Assembly (NCBI GenBank): GCA_937625935.1
Contig: OW569366.1
Span: 310,001 to 374,000, forward strand
Source: Tetramitus jugosus
Taxonomy: Eukaryota > Protista > Heterolobosea
Reading direction: 5' to 3'
Length of the DNA stretch: 64,000 nt
Shown here: positions 22,422-34,431 of the stretch, piece after piece
Layout of the letters: every line of letters begins with the position of its first letter
How positions within the stretch are numbered: position 1 is the stretch's first letter
Program-made: the position numbers and the translations under genes
The notes under the pieces: model-generated
The model's input: the letters and a program-made list of their open reading frames with translations, nothing else
What the model was told of the DNA's origin: nothing
The model's database searches: none

Positions 22422-24101
22422 TTATGGTCTGGTATTGGCTGTCATTCTGGTTGTTCTAGGACTGAGCATAGGTTTGAAAGTGAAGTCCTTCATTTCCTCC
22501 TGATCTAGTTTTTCTTGCATTCTCTTTCTCTTCTCGAGCGTTGAGTTGTGCCAGTTCATCAAACTGTGGATCTTGCTCTCTATTGTCTTGGATGGTCGAT
22601 TGATTGTGGGCGATATGGATTTCTGTAGCTCCTTCTCTTCTTCTTGAACTTGCTTCTGTCTGAGACGCTCGAGATTAGCCTTCTTGGCTTCCAGAAACTG
22701 GGTTTGGGTTCGCATGAAGTCATAGGATGTGTCCTTGTACATCTCAATGGTTTTAGGTGCTAAAAAGGAAGCAGGAGGAGTTATCTCTTTCTGTGGAGAT
22801 GACTTCTTCGATCTAGGAGTAGAGAGTCTTTCAAATACACTCTCAAGTTCCTTTCGTGACTTGGGAATCCTTTTCTTCTCAACAGTTTCTATCTTGTCAC
22901 TCAGACTGGAGATGAATTCTCCTGTTGTTGTGGAGGAACGAGGAGTGTGGGTCTCTGTTAGAGGTGATTTCGAGCTGTATGAGAAGGTTTCCCTCATCTT
23001 TTTCTCTTCCAAGATTCTCGGTGAAGAGAGAACACGCGAATCGTGGATCACTTGATGATTCCTCTTTCTGAAAGCCAAAAAATCTGGAGAATTCTCTGAA
23101 GTAGTTGACTCTAGTATTGATGTTTTTAAGCCTCTAAAAGCTTCATCAAACATCGAAGATGCTCTCCGTTCTTTCTCTTCTGCAGTATCGATTGATTCTT
23201 CGCGAGTACATTTTTTTGTTGGCAATACTGGGGGTGGCAATACACTCGAGAGTTCTGCTTTCCTAAACTCTTCACCTGATTGTTTTAAAATTACACCTCG
23301 TTCAAGTTTTCTTCTTTCTTCCAACATTGAACTTGCTTCCTGCTGGCTTTGCTTCTTGAGAGCTGAGTTAATGAGTTGTTCGGCTCTCTTTCGTTGGTTC
23401 TCTTTGTTTTTCTTTCTATTGATTCTAGATACTTCGTCATCTTGTTCAATGAATGAAGAGTACGTTGGAGATCGAGGGGACAAAATTGTTTGTGATACAT
23501 TGGGCGACAATGGGAAGCTCTTCCTTCTCTCTTCTTCCTTATCTCGTTTCTTTTGCTCCCTTTTCTTCTCCCTTCGTATTTTCTTCTCCGATTCATCCTC
23601 AAGTGCTAGATACTCTTCATACAGTCTCTGTCTCTCTATCTCCAGCGACCTAATGATATCATCATTCAAGTTCCTAAATCTGGAATAAGGAGAACCATCG
23701 TTTTTTTTCTCCTCCTTCTCTTTACACACTTTCTCTACTACTTTCCTTTCCCTGCTACTTTCTTTCTTTGATTGGATGAATCTGGGAGAAACCAGAGAAG
23801 AGATCGCAGTTCGTGAATTCTTCTTCTCTGAACTTAGGGGCAGATTTGCAATCTGAGCCACGGGTATTCGTCGAATGGGCTCCCTAGGAGAGTTTGGCAT
23901 CGATGAAAATCCTTCAGAATGTTTCTTAACCTTCTTCTTCTCGAGCAATTGGGCAATACTGCAACTCTTATCAACATCTTGAGACGAAACTTCATCAATA
24001 GATCCTCCTGCCGAAGAAAATGACTTGAAAAGAGAGATTTGTCTTCGGATGACATCTCTTTCAAACTCGTCTCTCGGACCGCGATTCAATGCTCGATTCA
24101 T
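22422..24101 (-). CDS. Charged, low-complexity/coiled-coil hypothetical protein
   Basis: 559-aa ORF, E/K/R/S-rich, with C-terminal TFKP-like short motifs. Confidence 0.75.
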   Translation of the reverse strand: MNRALNRGPRDEFERDVIRRQISLFKSFSSAGGSIDEVSSQDVDKSCSIAQLLEKKKVKKHSEGFSSMPNSPREPIRRIPVAQIANLPLSSEKKNSRTAISSLVSPRFIQSKKESSRERKVVEKVCKEKEEKKNDGSPYSRFRNLNDDIIRSLEIERQRLYEEYLALEDESEKKIRREKKREQKKRDKEEERRKSFPLSPNVSQTILSPRSPTYSSFIEQDDEVSRINRKKNKENQRKRAEQLINSALKKQSQQEASSMLEERRKLERGVILKQSGEEFRKAELSSVLPPPVLPTKKCTREESIDTAEEKERRASSMFDEAFRGLKTSILESTTSENSPDFLAFRKRNHQVIHDSRVLSSPRILEEKKMRETFSYSSKSPLTETHTPRSSTTTGEFISSLSDKIETVEKKRIPKSRKELESVFERLSTPRSKKSSPQKEITPPASFLAPKTIEMYKDTSYDFMRTQTQFLEAKKANLERLRQKQVQEEEKELQKSISPTINRPSKTIESKIHSLMNWHNSTLEKRKRMQEKLDQEEMKDFTFKPMLSPRTTRMTANTRP

Positions 24102-24209
24102 CTCTTTTGTCTCGTTCTTTGTAGATTAACGGACAGATTTTAGCGATTAGCGAGTGAGGCGCCGAAAAGAACACTACGAGAAGAATTCATTTCCTCTGAT
24201 CAACACATC

Positions 24210-25625
24210 ATGGGTGGAGTCACTTTGAAGATGGCATCCAGGGTGATGATTGGATTGTTTATCGTCGCAGTAGGAGCCAATATCTTTGCTCTTGTCTACC
24301 TCAATTCCTCATTTAAACAGAACAAGGAGTTGGAGAAGATTAGTTTGAAAGCTGTTGAGTCTTCAGATTCAGTGAGATTAGAACTGACAGCAACTAAAGA
24401 GCTGCTAAACGCTTACAAGGAGCAAATTGAATCTCAACAACAAGAGATTATGAGCTTCAAATCCATTCCTCCTTCTCCTACTCTATCATGTCCGAATTCA
24501 GATTCCCAACCTTTACCCAAAACTGACTCCCAGACTGATGTACAACCAATCAACCTAAACCAAGAATACATGAAGAATATGGCATACATTACCGCGAATG
24601 AAAAATCGTCGACTTGTAACATGAGAAACTGGAAACCTCAGTACACGAGATTGCATCAAACCATGTTGTCCAACAAGGAGAGTGGAAGGTTCATCGTTTA
24701 TGAGTGTACAACGTTTTGTGCGGGGCTAGCAGATCGTTTGAAGGGGATAGCGACAACGTTCATGATTGCCCTTCTCACTGATCGAGCATTCCTAATCAAT
24801 TGGAAACATCCAGCGAGTATTGATCATGTGTTTAAACCTCATAAAATCAATTGGAAGTATAGAGAAGGAGAATATGAAGGATTACCAAAATTCAAAGATT
24901 ACAGAATGAACACCTATGCTACATCAGTCGACTATACTAACGTTCACTTTGAGGAGCTCTTGTCTTCCGACAGTGACAGTGTGAAAGGACCAAGTCTGAT
25001 TATCACCAAATTTAATGAACTGCTTCCCATCCTAAGTTCAGAAAAGTACAAAGAGAAGCTAGAGTACCTCGGTTTATGGAGGATGAAAGAACAAGATTTC
25101 ATTGGTTGTATCATGGAATACTTGTTCAGACCATCCGAAAAGGTACTCACTAGATACGTTCAGTTCTTTGAGGAGAATCCAATGTTGAAGAGTGCATACA
25201 TTATTGGGATTCAAGCCAGAGTGGGAGGGAATGACGTAAGCGAAGGACCTATGATAGCTCCTGAGAAGCATGGATGGTTCGGTAGTTGTGCCAAGCAACT
25301 TACTGCCAACCTCCATAAGGTGTTTAAACTTGGCGAGAATGAGGAGAGACCTGTGAGATGGTTCCTTTCATCCGATAGCTCCCAGTTTAAACAAAAGTTT
25401 CGAGAACAACACCCCACAGTTAAGATCGTTCAATACAACAAGAAGATTAGTCATATGGACCACAACAGTGACGCAGAAGGAATGATAGACACTGTAACTG
25501 AACACTTTATCCTCCAGCAAAGTAACGAACTCATAATCTCTAGGTCCGGTTTTGGTGAAGTTGCAGGTTTCATGACAGGCAAACGAGTGAATCACTTCCG
25601 TCGGGATTTCTCTCATTGTTCTTGA
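24210..25625 (+). CDS. Type II membrane fucosyltransferase-like glycosyltransferase (GT37/GT23/NodZ-like)
   Basis: N-terminal TM anchor and stem; GLADRLKGI..ALLTDRAFLINW, IGIQAR, FLSSDS, SRSGFGEVA. Confidence 0.75.
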   Translation: MGGVTLKMASRVMIGLFIVAVGANIFALVYLNSSFKQNKELEKISLKAVESSDSVRLELTATKELLNAYKEQIESQQQEIMSFKSIPPSPTLSCPNSDSQPLPKTDSQTDVQPINLNQEYMKNMAYITANEKSSTCNMRNWKPQYTRLHQTMLSNKESGRFIVYECTTFCAGLADRLKGIATTFMIALLTDRAFLINWKHPASIDHVFKPHKINWKYREGEYEGLPKFKDYRMNTYATSVDYTNVHFEELLSSDSDSVKGPSLIITKFNELLPILSSEKYKEKLEYLGLWRMKEQDFIGCIMEYLFRPSEKVLTRYVQFFEENPMLKSAYIIGIQARVGGNDVSEGPMIAPEKHGWFGSCAKQLTANLHKVFKLGENEERPVRWFLSSDSSQFKQKFREQHPTVKIVQYNKKISHMDHNSDAEGMIDTVTEHFILQQSNELIISRSGFGEVAGFMTGKRVNHFRRDFSHCS

Positions 25626-25765
25626 CATTCTCTGTCAAAATCCCGCTACTTTCTCCTTTTTCACATTCGGTATAAAAAAAACAGAAACAATCCCTTCTCA
25701 CACAGCAACACAACAACACCACCAAACACGAAAAACTCCATTTTTTTTGATTAGTCATTTTTCAA

Positions 25766-28700
25766 ATGAGTAATCCTCATCATCATCGTCGTGACAGCAG
25801 TGACGACATTGAGGATCATGGTACCACTCAAGCTGAAGTGAATTATGAGATTTTGAGTTTTGGTGATGACAATATTGCTGCTGCTGCTGCTGCAATGGAA
25901 AAAACTTCTCCTGCTTCTCCTCTGAGCAGCAACAATAACAAGAAGAAAAAAAAGAAGAAGCAAATTCATGTTGTTGCACCAGCAGATCATCATCAGAGCA
26001 ACACATCAAAGAACATTTCATATCTGAATGTGGATGGCAATAACAATAACAATATGACAACAACAGATGACATGTCTCAGACATCATTCACAACTGATAT
26101 GACCGATGATGATTCATCACCTGATATTCAATTTGATTTCGATATCATTAGTACAGTGGGAGGAGTGATTTTGGAATTGGTTACATTTGCATTGGTTTTG
26201 TACTATAATGCCTCTTTGCTTGCAGGTGTGTATTCATGCCATGTTTCTTGATTGAATATGTTGTTTGGGCAACAATTGTTGCGATTGATCATAACATGTT
26301 ATGGATGACTAATCATATGAATTTTTTTCTAAAATCTTTCATCATACCAGGTGGATTGATGCGAGATAATTTTGCTTCTCTGTTTTATTTGTTGCTCTTT
26401 CTGATGAATTTGGCCTTCCCGAGCTATTATCCATACTATCCAATCACAACAGTCAATCGAATCCTGTTCCTGACACCAAGAGTTTTAACCTATGTTTCCA
26501 CTACTATTTATTCTGCCTTGTTCCTCATTACACACATTTCGTTGCAAATTGTGTTCAAGACCAAGGGTTCATCGTTTCATCCACCTCACTGGTTGGAAAA
26601 ATTGGGATTTGTCAAGTATGTTGTTGTGGCGTTGTGTTACATGTGATTTTGCTCTTGTACAAAACTGTTGACTGACTCAAATGGTTGTAGTTTGCTAGGA
26701 AAAAAGTTTTCTGTTGTGATTATTCACATTTTGCCTGATATTACAGTGTTTATCTCTGGTATATTGATCAGTATATTTTTACCTATACTGTGGAGAGCTC
26801 GAGTGCAAATGGAAAAGTCATACTTTGAAATGTTGATAGAGAAGAGTCAACAGAGCGCACCAGCTGATACATCCATGTCAGTCAACAGTTCCTCTGATGA
26901 GAGTGGGCACACATCATCAAATTATCAACAGAACGCAGCGCAAGCTGCAGAGGAGTCCAATGAGCATAACAATCAGGCTTATCCGACAGAGAAACCGATA
27001 TTGATTGCGCCTGATTTGAAACCGAGATCCACTCCGAACATATTTATATTGAAGGAGCTATTGTATGTGCTGTTGCTCATGTTGACAGCCTCCATGTATC
27101 CGAGTTTGACGTCTGCTCCCTATTTGGTACTGTTCTTTGTCTTCGCAATAGTTTACACAACGAAGATCAAGGTGTCCTATCATATTTATTGCTTGGTCAT
27201 GTGTATTTCAAATTTGTACACGGGTGCTCTTATTCTTCTATTCGCGTTGTCGAGATATCCTGGTATTTTGAATACTCAATATTCGACAAAGTTTGGAATG
27301 ATGTTTGGCTTCACTGATTTGTCTGCCTTTCATAGGGACAACTGGCCTGTCTACACGCTATATTCTTTGCTGATATTTTTCTATCTTGTGGTAAGTGATA
27401 ATGCTCTTTTCTTAGTTTGGAAACAATTACTCATGACTGACACGCTTAATTGCAGACTGCCAGCATTATCAATCAATATATTTGTAGGTACATTGAGTTT
27501 CGCAATTATATTGCCCAACTCTCTACGATTAAGCTTGCAGAATTTTATCAGACCATTGCATCTTCTTCAACTTCCACTCGAGAGGTATTCCGAAGATTGT
27601 TGCAAGATTTCCTTTCCAAGTTCGTGTTAGGCTTGCTGCTCATTTCTCTGACTGTTACTGCTTTAAGTGTACCAAGTTTAATGGCAATGCCTTACTTACT
27701 TCTAGTCTTTCTGGGATTATTAGTGGCAACTGATGTCTATGCATATACGCTGCCAGTTGCTTTTGCATACTCAATTTTGAATGTTACGGCACAATTCGCG
27801 TTCAACATACCATCTGTAACTCAAAACTTTATTTATCCAACTAGAGGAATCTTGGAAAAGGTCGGTTTCAGAAACGAGAAGTATCCTAGTCCGATAATCT
27901 TTGGCCAATTGATGCTCACTTTGTTGATTGGGTTGACAATTCGAGTCCAACTCAAGAATCGCAATACTTTATCAAAAATTAGTCAAACCTTATTTGGGGA
28001 GAACAACAATTTAATATCCGAACTGAACTCTGATGAGTATTCATACGATAGTGAGGCAACTGAGAATATTGACAACGAAGATGATGATCCAGAGATTGAA
28101 GAATTAACCGAAATGGATGTGAAAAAGAAAGAGCGTAAAAAGAGACCAAAAACATTTAGGGCATGGGTAAAACTATCTCTGAGAACTGTGCAACAGATAT
28201 GGCAGAAGATGGTAGAGGTTTCAATCAAGTTCTTCACAACATACTCGTATTATTTATCACTACTGGTGGTCTATTTTGCGGATTTGAGCACAGAGAATGC
28301 TGATACCATCCACGTCGTGTATCTATTATTCTTCTTGCTCTTCTTCGTATTCAAGTCCTTGGCCAAGAAACTTTGGATTCTATTAGTCTTCTATGCTCAG
28401 TTTGTGATCATCGCTCTGTACTTCTTCAATGTGTTCTATCCACATATTGTCGGAACACCCTACAATATTTTAGGTCTAGTGAGATTCAGAAAGCAATCAT
28501 TTTGGTTAGGCTTGATATGGCACATTCTCATTTTGTTCTTTACTTCTATCGAGTATCATGTGCAGAATATGACCGAATTTGCCGGTATAAAAATGGAGAA
28601 GGATTATGTGATCCAATTACCAAAGGTAGTGGATGTGGTATTCAAGGGTTTCCAGCAGCTTTCAAAGGTATTTGGCCTATATTTAACATATATAGCAATC

Positions 28701-31700
28701 ATATTACTTTTGCTGTTGTCTCGGGAATCTTCACTCTTTGGAATAGTGTATGTATAGTACAATATTTTGTGTTCCATTGAGGATAGGGTAACTAAGTTTT
28801 TATTTTTCAGGTTCTTCATGATCTTGTTCGGCTGTTTTATTTTGCAAACGTACAAGGTGACAAGAGTACTCTTGTATCCCTTCTGGTACGTTTTGGTGTC
28901 GTACAGTGGATTAGTATTCTTTGCAGTGTACGTTTATCAATTCCCAGATGTTCGATCAGCAATCGTGCAAGCATTGGACAATGTTCCTCCATCGAGACGA
29001 CTCTTTATGGATGTAAATTCGATCGGTTTGGTTACTTTTGAGTACAAATCTGTCAGTTTGCTACCATATACAATCGTTCTACTACTGTCTATATTCCAGT
29101 TGAAGAATTTCCAATATTTCAAACTTCCTTCAAAGAAAGAAAACAATAATACAAACGAGGAACATAAGAGTATAATGTCCGAACTGGCAAATTCAACTCG
29201 ATTTGAAGTGATATTCTCAGCAACTGTTGACGACATATTGGTAGATTTATCTCGATTTTTGAAGCGATTGGCGATTATTCATCAACCAAAGATTCTATTT
29301 ATCTTCTTGTTTGTGGCTGCACAACTGAACGAAACCATGATCGGATTGGTCTATTTTATCATCGTGATATTGTTGGCACCCGTGCCTAACATCGCGAGCC
29401 GCTTATGGTTATTTATCTATGTGTACGCATCAGCTGTATTCCTTGGTCAATACGCGTACCAATTCCCATATTTCATCGATGGTATGAGATGTAATCTTGA
29501 ACCGAGAAATCCAAATGAGCCAAATCCTCATACAGAGGGACCTCACGCTGCTTGTGCTTGGTTCAAATTTGGAGGTTTGAAACTATCGAAAGGGAAGTTT
29601 ATTGGTGATATTCTGTGGGTGCACTGTCTTGTCATGATAGCCGCTCTCTTCCAGAAAAAGTGCTTCCAATGGTTCGATGATCTCACTGCAAGAAATCTCT
29701 ATACTCCAGGTCGCTTGTTTGAGGAGTTTTCAGATGAAGAGCGTGATCAACAGATCGAAGACGCCAAAAAATCAGAGATGCTGAAGATGTTCCCAAAGGG
29801 TGTTCGTATATTCATTACACAGATGTGGTTGGATAGTGTTGATGCCTTAAGATATGCATGTAACCGTTTGTTTGAAGACTTTGGTTATGAGGTTTGCATG
29901 CTTGTGCTATTGATTGGTAGTTTATTAATGATTCAAAGTTTCTGGGGTCTCTTGTACTTGGTATTATTTGGTTTGTGCTTCTTCGCGGGCGAAAAACGAA
30001 TGTCTAAGGTGTGGGTTATTCTGATAGCATTCATGGAGTTGAATATGATTGTACTCTATTTCTTTAAGCTCGAAAAGTTCCCTCTATTTGATCTATACTC
30101 CTGGCTAACAAAGTGGAAAGGATCGATTATGTTTCGCTATGTGATATTGCGTCCTCAAGATTTCGCTGGTGGCACATATGCAGAAGACTTCATCATTTCT
30201 GTATTATACTCAATTTTGTTCTTCATGGCTCTCCAAACAAGGGTTTATCTGAACAAGAGTGAAGCAGCTCGTATATTGTTCCAACGAGAAACTTTCGAAC
30301 CAACAGTTCATATTGGTGCAATGCCAGAAGCAGTTACTAGCAAAACACCGGCCTCTGTCATTTTGTACAAGAGGCAACAAGAAGACAAGAAACTTCACGT
30401 AGAATGTCCTATCATTGGTGCCAAAGGAAGAAGAGACTTCACTGAATCAAGAAAGAGGAGGAATTGGATCGATTGGTTAAGATTGATGGTTGTTTTCCGA
30501 GGATTTCCTTTACTCGTCCTCGTTGTTGTTTTTATAGACGCAACATTGTCTCCTTCATTCCTAAAGCTGATTCAAATGACAATATGCTTGTTCTATTTGA
30601 ACTCGTTGGAACAACTAAGATGGAAATCAAAAAGATATTGGAGATGGTTGGGAATTTTCTATTACTGTGTCTTAATCCTTCAAGCACTATTCCAAATTCC
30701 ACTTGTACTTATTGGTGATCCTACAACCTGGACTCCATCTGGCGAAGAAACGAAAGGATCTCAATGGGCCTCTAGAATCATGAATACTGTCGGACTCAGA
30801 GAGGGGTCCATCAAGACATTAAGTCTATCGATCGTAGTTCTTGCACTGTTCTACATTCAAAGCAAGATATTTGATCTCAATCCTGATTATTTGTTCTTCC
30901 TTAATTTCCTTGTGAGACAAAGAAAGAGAAGGAAGAAGTTACGAACAAGAAATAAGACGTTTAGAGCCGCTCAAATCTTCAGAAGATATCTCGAAATTAC
31001 ATTCAATCAAAAAAGAAGAGAAAAGAACATGGAGGCAATCAAAGAGTACGAACGAATTAACAGTCGATCTATCAGCCAACTTGAACAAGAAAGCAAAATC
31101 CAAAGAAATGAGGATTGGCCAAATGATCCGAAGATCATTAAGGAGTATTTACTTAGGGATCACTTCATTAGTATTCATAGATCCTGTTCTGAGGATGGAA
31201 CTTTGAGCAACAAGAGTGAGCATGATGTGTTTAGAATCGCATTTGAAAATATTCGAAACTCGAAGAGTCTTCAAGATGATATTATCGAACGAGTGGACTT
31301 ATCTCGAATGGAAGAATTATACACCTCGTCCAAGAAACAACTAGAACGTCAACAACGAGTAGAAACAATGAGCAAAAAGAGATCAAAGTCTAACGCCGAA
31401 GAAAAGAACTCGAAGCGATCAGTGAAGATTAGTAGTGATGTACAAGAAATACCTGCCGAAACCAGAGTTATTCTCGGACCCCAAGATGCTGATTACTCTC
31501 CACAAAAGGAAGTGCAAGGAGAAGAAGAATCTCCAAAGTCTTCATTTAAGACTAAAATTGTGGATGTTCTAAAACTTGTTTGGAAATTACTGCGCGGTTA
31601 TATTATCCAAGCTGTTGATATAATCGTTGGATATGTGAGTCCTTTTATTAACATTGCCTATGGCAATGAAGACACCATTGTTGAACTGTTGACTGGTAGT

Positions 31701-34259
31701 ATGACTGTCAGCGATCAAAAGAGTTTATTGGAGAACCGCGAAGCAGAGGAGAAATACTTTAAGAATCTTTTATCTGTTCCCTCTCCACAACAAAAGAACA
31801 CTGATAACATTCAGATGGATGAGCTAGCAAAACCAGAACCATCCTCTCAACCTGTTCCCGATCCATATGCTGATGTTAATGTTCTCTTCAAACTCAGAGA
31901 GCTCAAAACGACGATTGTGCATCTATATTTGAGTAACACAGATCTCATTGTGTATGCAGCTATGGTTCTGAACGTTGTGTCCTCTCCAACTATCTACAAT
32001 GTGATCTTGACAATTAGTGCCTTCATTTATGCCGCTATGCAATATCCTTTCCCACCAAGGCGGTACTGGCTATCAATTCTCGCAATGTCCCAGGCATTGA
32101 TTGCTTTGGAGTATATATTTTATCTGATTCAGGACGGTTTTCCAAACTTGAAAGAAAAAAACCAGTACAGTCCATCAGAGATAATTGGATGGAAGCCAAG
32201 GTCGAATTTGTTTAGAGTGATTGGTGCATATCTTGTTGTGATATTTGCTGTTCTACAACACAGAGACACTTTGAAGAAACGAGGAGACTGGTACTACGCT
32301 GAGGAAAGTAAGAAGAAAGCACTCAAGAAACAACAACGAGAAGAAGCAATCAAGAGGGCGAATGAACAAAATAATGATGAGCCCCAAGACAGACGTCGAT
32401 CCACTTCGTTCAAGAATGAATCTGCTCCGGTAAACATCATCGTTGATGCTGTTGATGGAGAAGTTCAAAGTGTAACAAGTAGGATCACATGGATTCAGAA
32501 TATTTGGGGACAAGTCACTTCTTACTTCAGGAATCTGACAAACGAGAATGGAAAACTTGGAAAGGACTACTTTGTTTTGATGATTGCGTTCCAACTGCTC
32601 GCATTCCTTTTGTTCTTTGTCACTTTCTCATATCTCAGTGGACGAACATCAACTGACATTACTGGTGCCATTCAGTCTAACCAACTCTCGGGCGTCTTCG
32701 TATTTGTACTCTTCCTATTTTTCGTGGAGATTTGCATTGAAAGAATTATCTACCTCTATGCCAAGATCTGGATCAAGTTGGTCTTTCACTTCCTATTGGT
32801 TATCGTCTATCATGTCGTATTCCTTTACATGAATCATTATGTGCTAGTGAGAGGCAACACCAAGGGATCCTACCTATTGAATGTCTTGTATGTAATCAAA
32901 TGCATCTATCTGGCCATTTCATGTGTTCAGATTAGAAGCGGATATCCAACGACTGGTATCTATTCCAGCTACTTTGCAAAGAGCTACTTCTGGCTTCAGA
33001 GTTACATTTATCTGTGTTGGAGAGCAATTCCATTCGTCTTTGAACTCAAGACCTTATTGGATTGGACATTCATTCGTACGACTCTAAACTACAATGAATG
33101 GATGAAGATGGAAGATGTGTACTCCGAACTGTACAACAGAAAGTGTGACTTGGAGTACAGGAAAATATTGGGCAGGAACTATGGTCAGGGACAATTCTGG
33201 ACAAGAAAACTCACCGCAGGTTTCCTAATCTTTGTGGTCATGTGTTTCTTGGTCTTCTTCCCCCTTGCATTCTACTCCACTGCAAATCCAAACTTCATTT
33301 ACAATTCCGTCTTCCTGGTCAGCTCCACGGTAGGAGTCACCGGCTTCCAAGATTTTTACGAGAATCAAATCTATTTTGCCAATCCAAAGGATAACACAAA
33401 AGATTTCTATGACAAGTTTGGTATTTATGCCAAGAATGACTCGTTACGTCAATTGGATCCTGGATCTCCAGTGCAGACATTCTCTCTGTCAACATGGTCA
33501 GAAGTGTACTGGATTATTAGTACTCCATCAAAGGGTGCACTCTCTACTGCATTGCTCAGCTCCACTCGCAAAATGAACCTTACATTGTCGTTTGAGATTG
33601 AGAGAACTGGTCCATCTACGGCTAAGGTACTCAAGGGACAGCAAGATATTCCACTATCTCGTGATCAACGTGAGCATCTTGCACAAATTGTTCAAACAAT
33701 GGACAACTCGACAATCACCGTACCGGATCTCGTTCTTCCTCAAGCATATAATCCATTCCTTATGAACAAGTATGACTCGTTGAGCGAAGCATCAGTTCCA
33801 TCATATTTTAAACCAAATTGTACGATTGGTATTCGAAGTTCTCCGGATAAGTTCTACTATTGGATGATGAGTTGTAATCAGATCAACTTTAGTGGTTCAA
33901 ATTCGAAGCAAAATTATACAGGACCCTACTTCCTCATTCAGTCCACGATGATTGTTAACGGCGAACAATTCTATCTGACCAAGTTTATATCTGGATTTGG
34001 TATTATTGCCTTCTACACAACATTTGTTCTGGCAGTTGGTCAATTCTTGAGAATGAATGTCAGTGGGCTCGTTTCTCGTCTGTTCTTTACAGATGTGGAT
34101 AATGTTGACTTACTTTTGTCCTTTGTGAAGGATATTTACGTTGCTAGAGAAAATGGAGCACTCGACTTGGAGGAAACCATGTACGTTCAGCTCATGCGTA
34201 TCTTCCGAGACACCTCGCTCTTGCAAGTCTGGACGAATATCAACAGGTCAACACTGTAA
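25766..34259 (+). CDS. PIEZO: Piezo mechanosensitive ion channel, about 2,721 aa; introns 26226-26350, 26616-26690, 27391-27455, 28748-28810
   Basis: Many TM helices; PFEW signature AIPFVFELKTLLDW..TTL...EWMKMEDVY; KLTAG..LVFFPL; inner helix GIIAFYTTFVLAVGQFLR; DIYVAREN..LEE. Exon lengths sum to 8166 nt, an open frame. Confidence 0.95.
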
Positions 34260-34431
34260 ACGAAAGATGTTGTAGTTAATAAATTATAAGCTCGTTTACT
34301 TGTTAATTGAAGGAGAACGGAGAAAACTCGTCCACCATAGGGATATATCTTACAAATTGGGGTCAAAACTGATTTCAAAACTGTGCGCGAAAACTGCGAC
34401 TACGACCATCCATGGTGTGCACGGTACGGTC

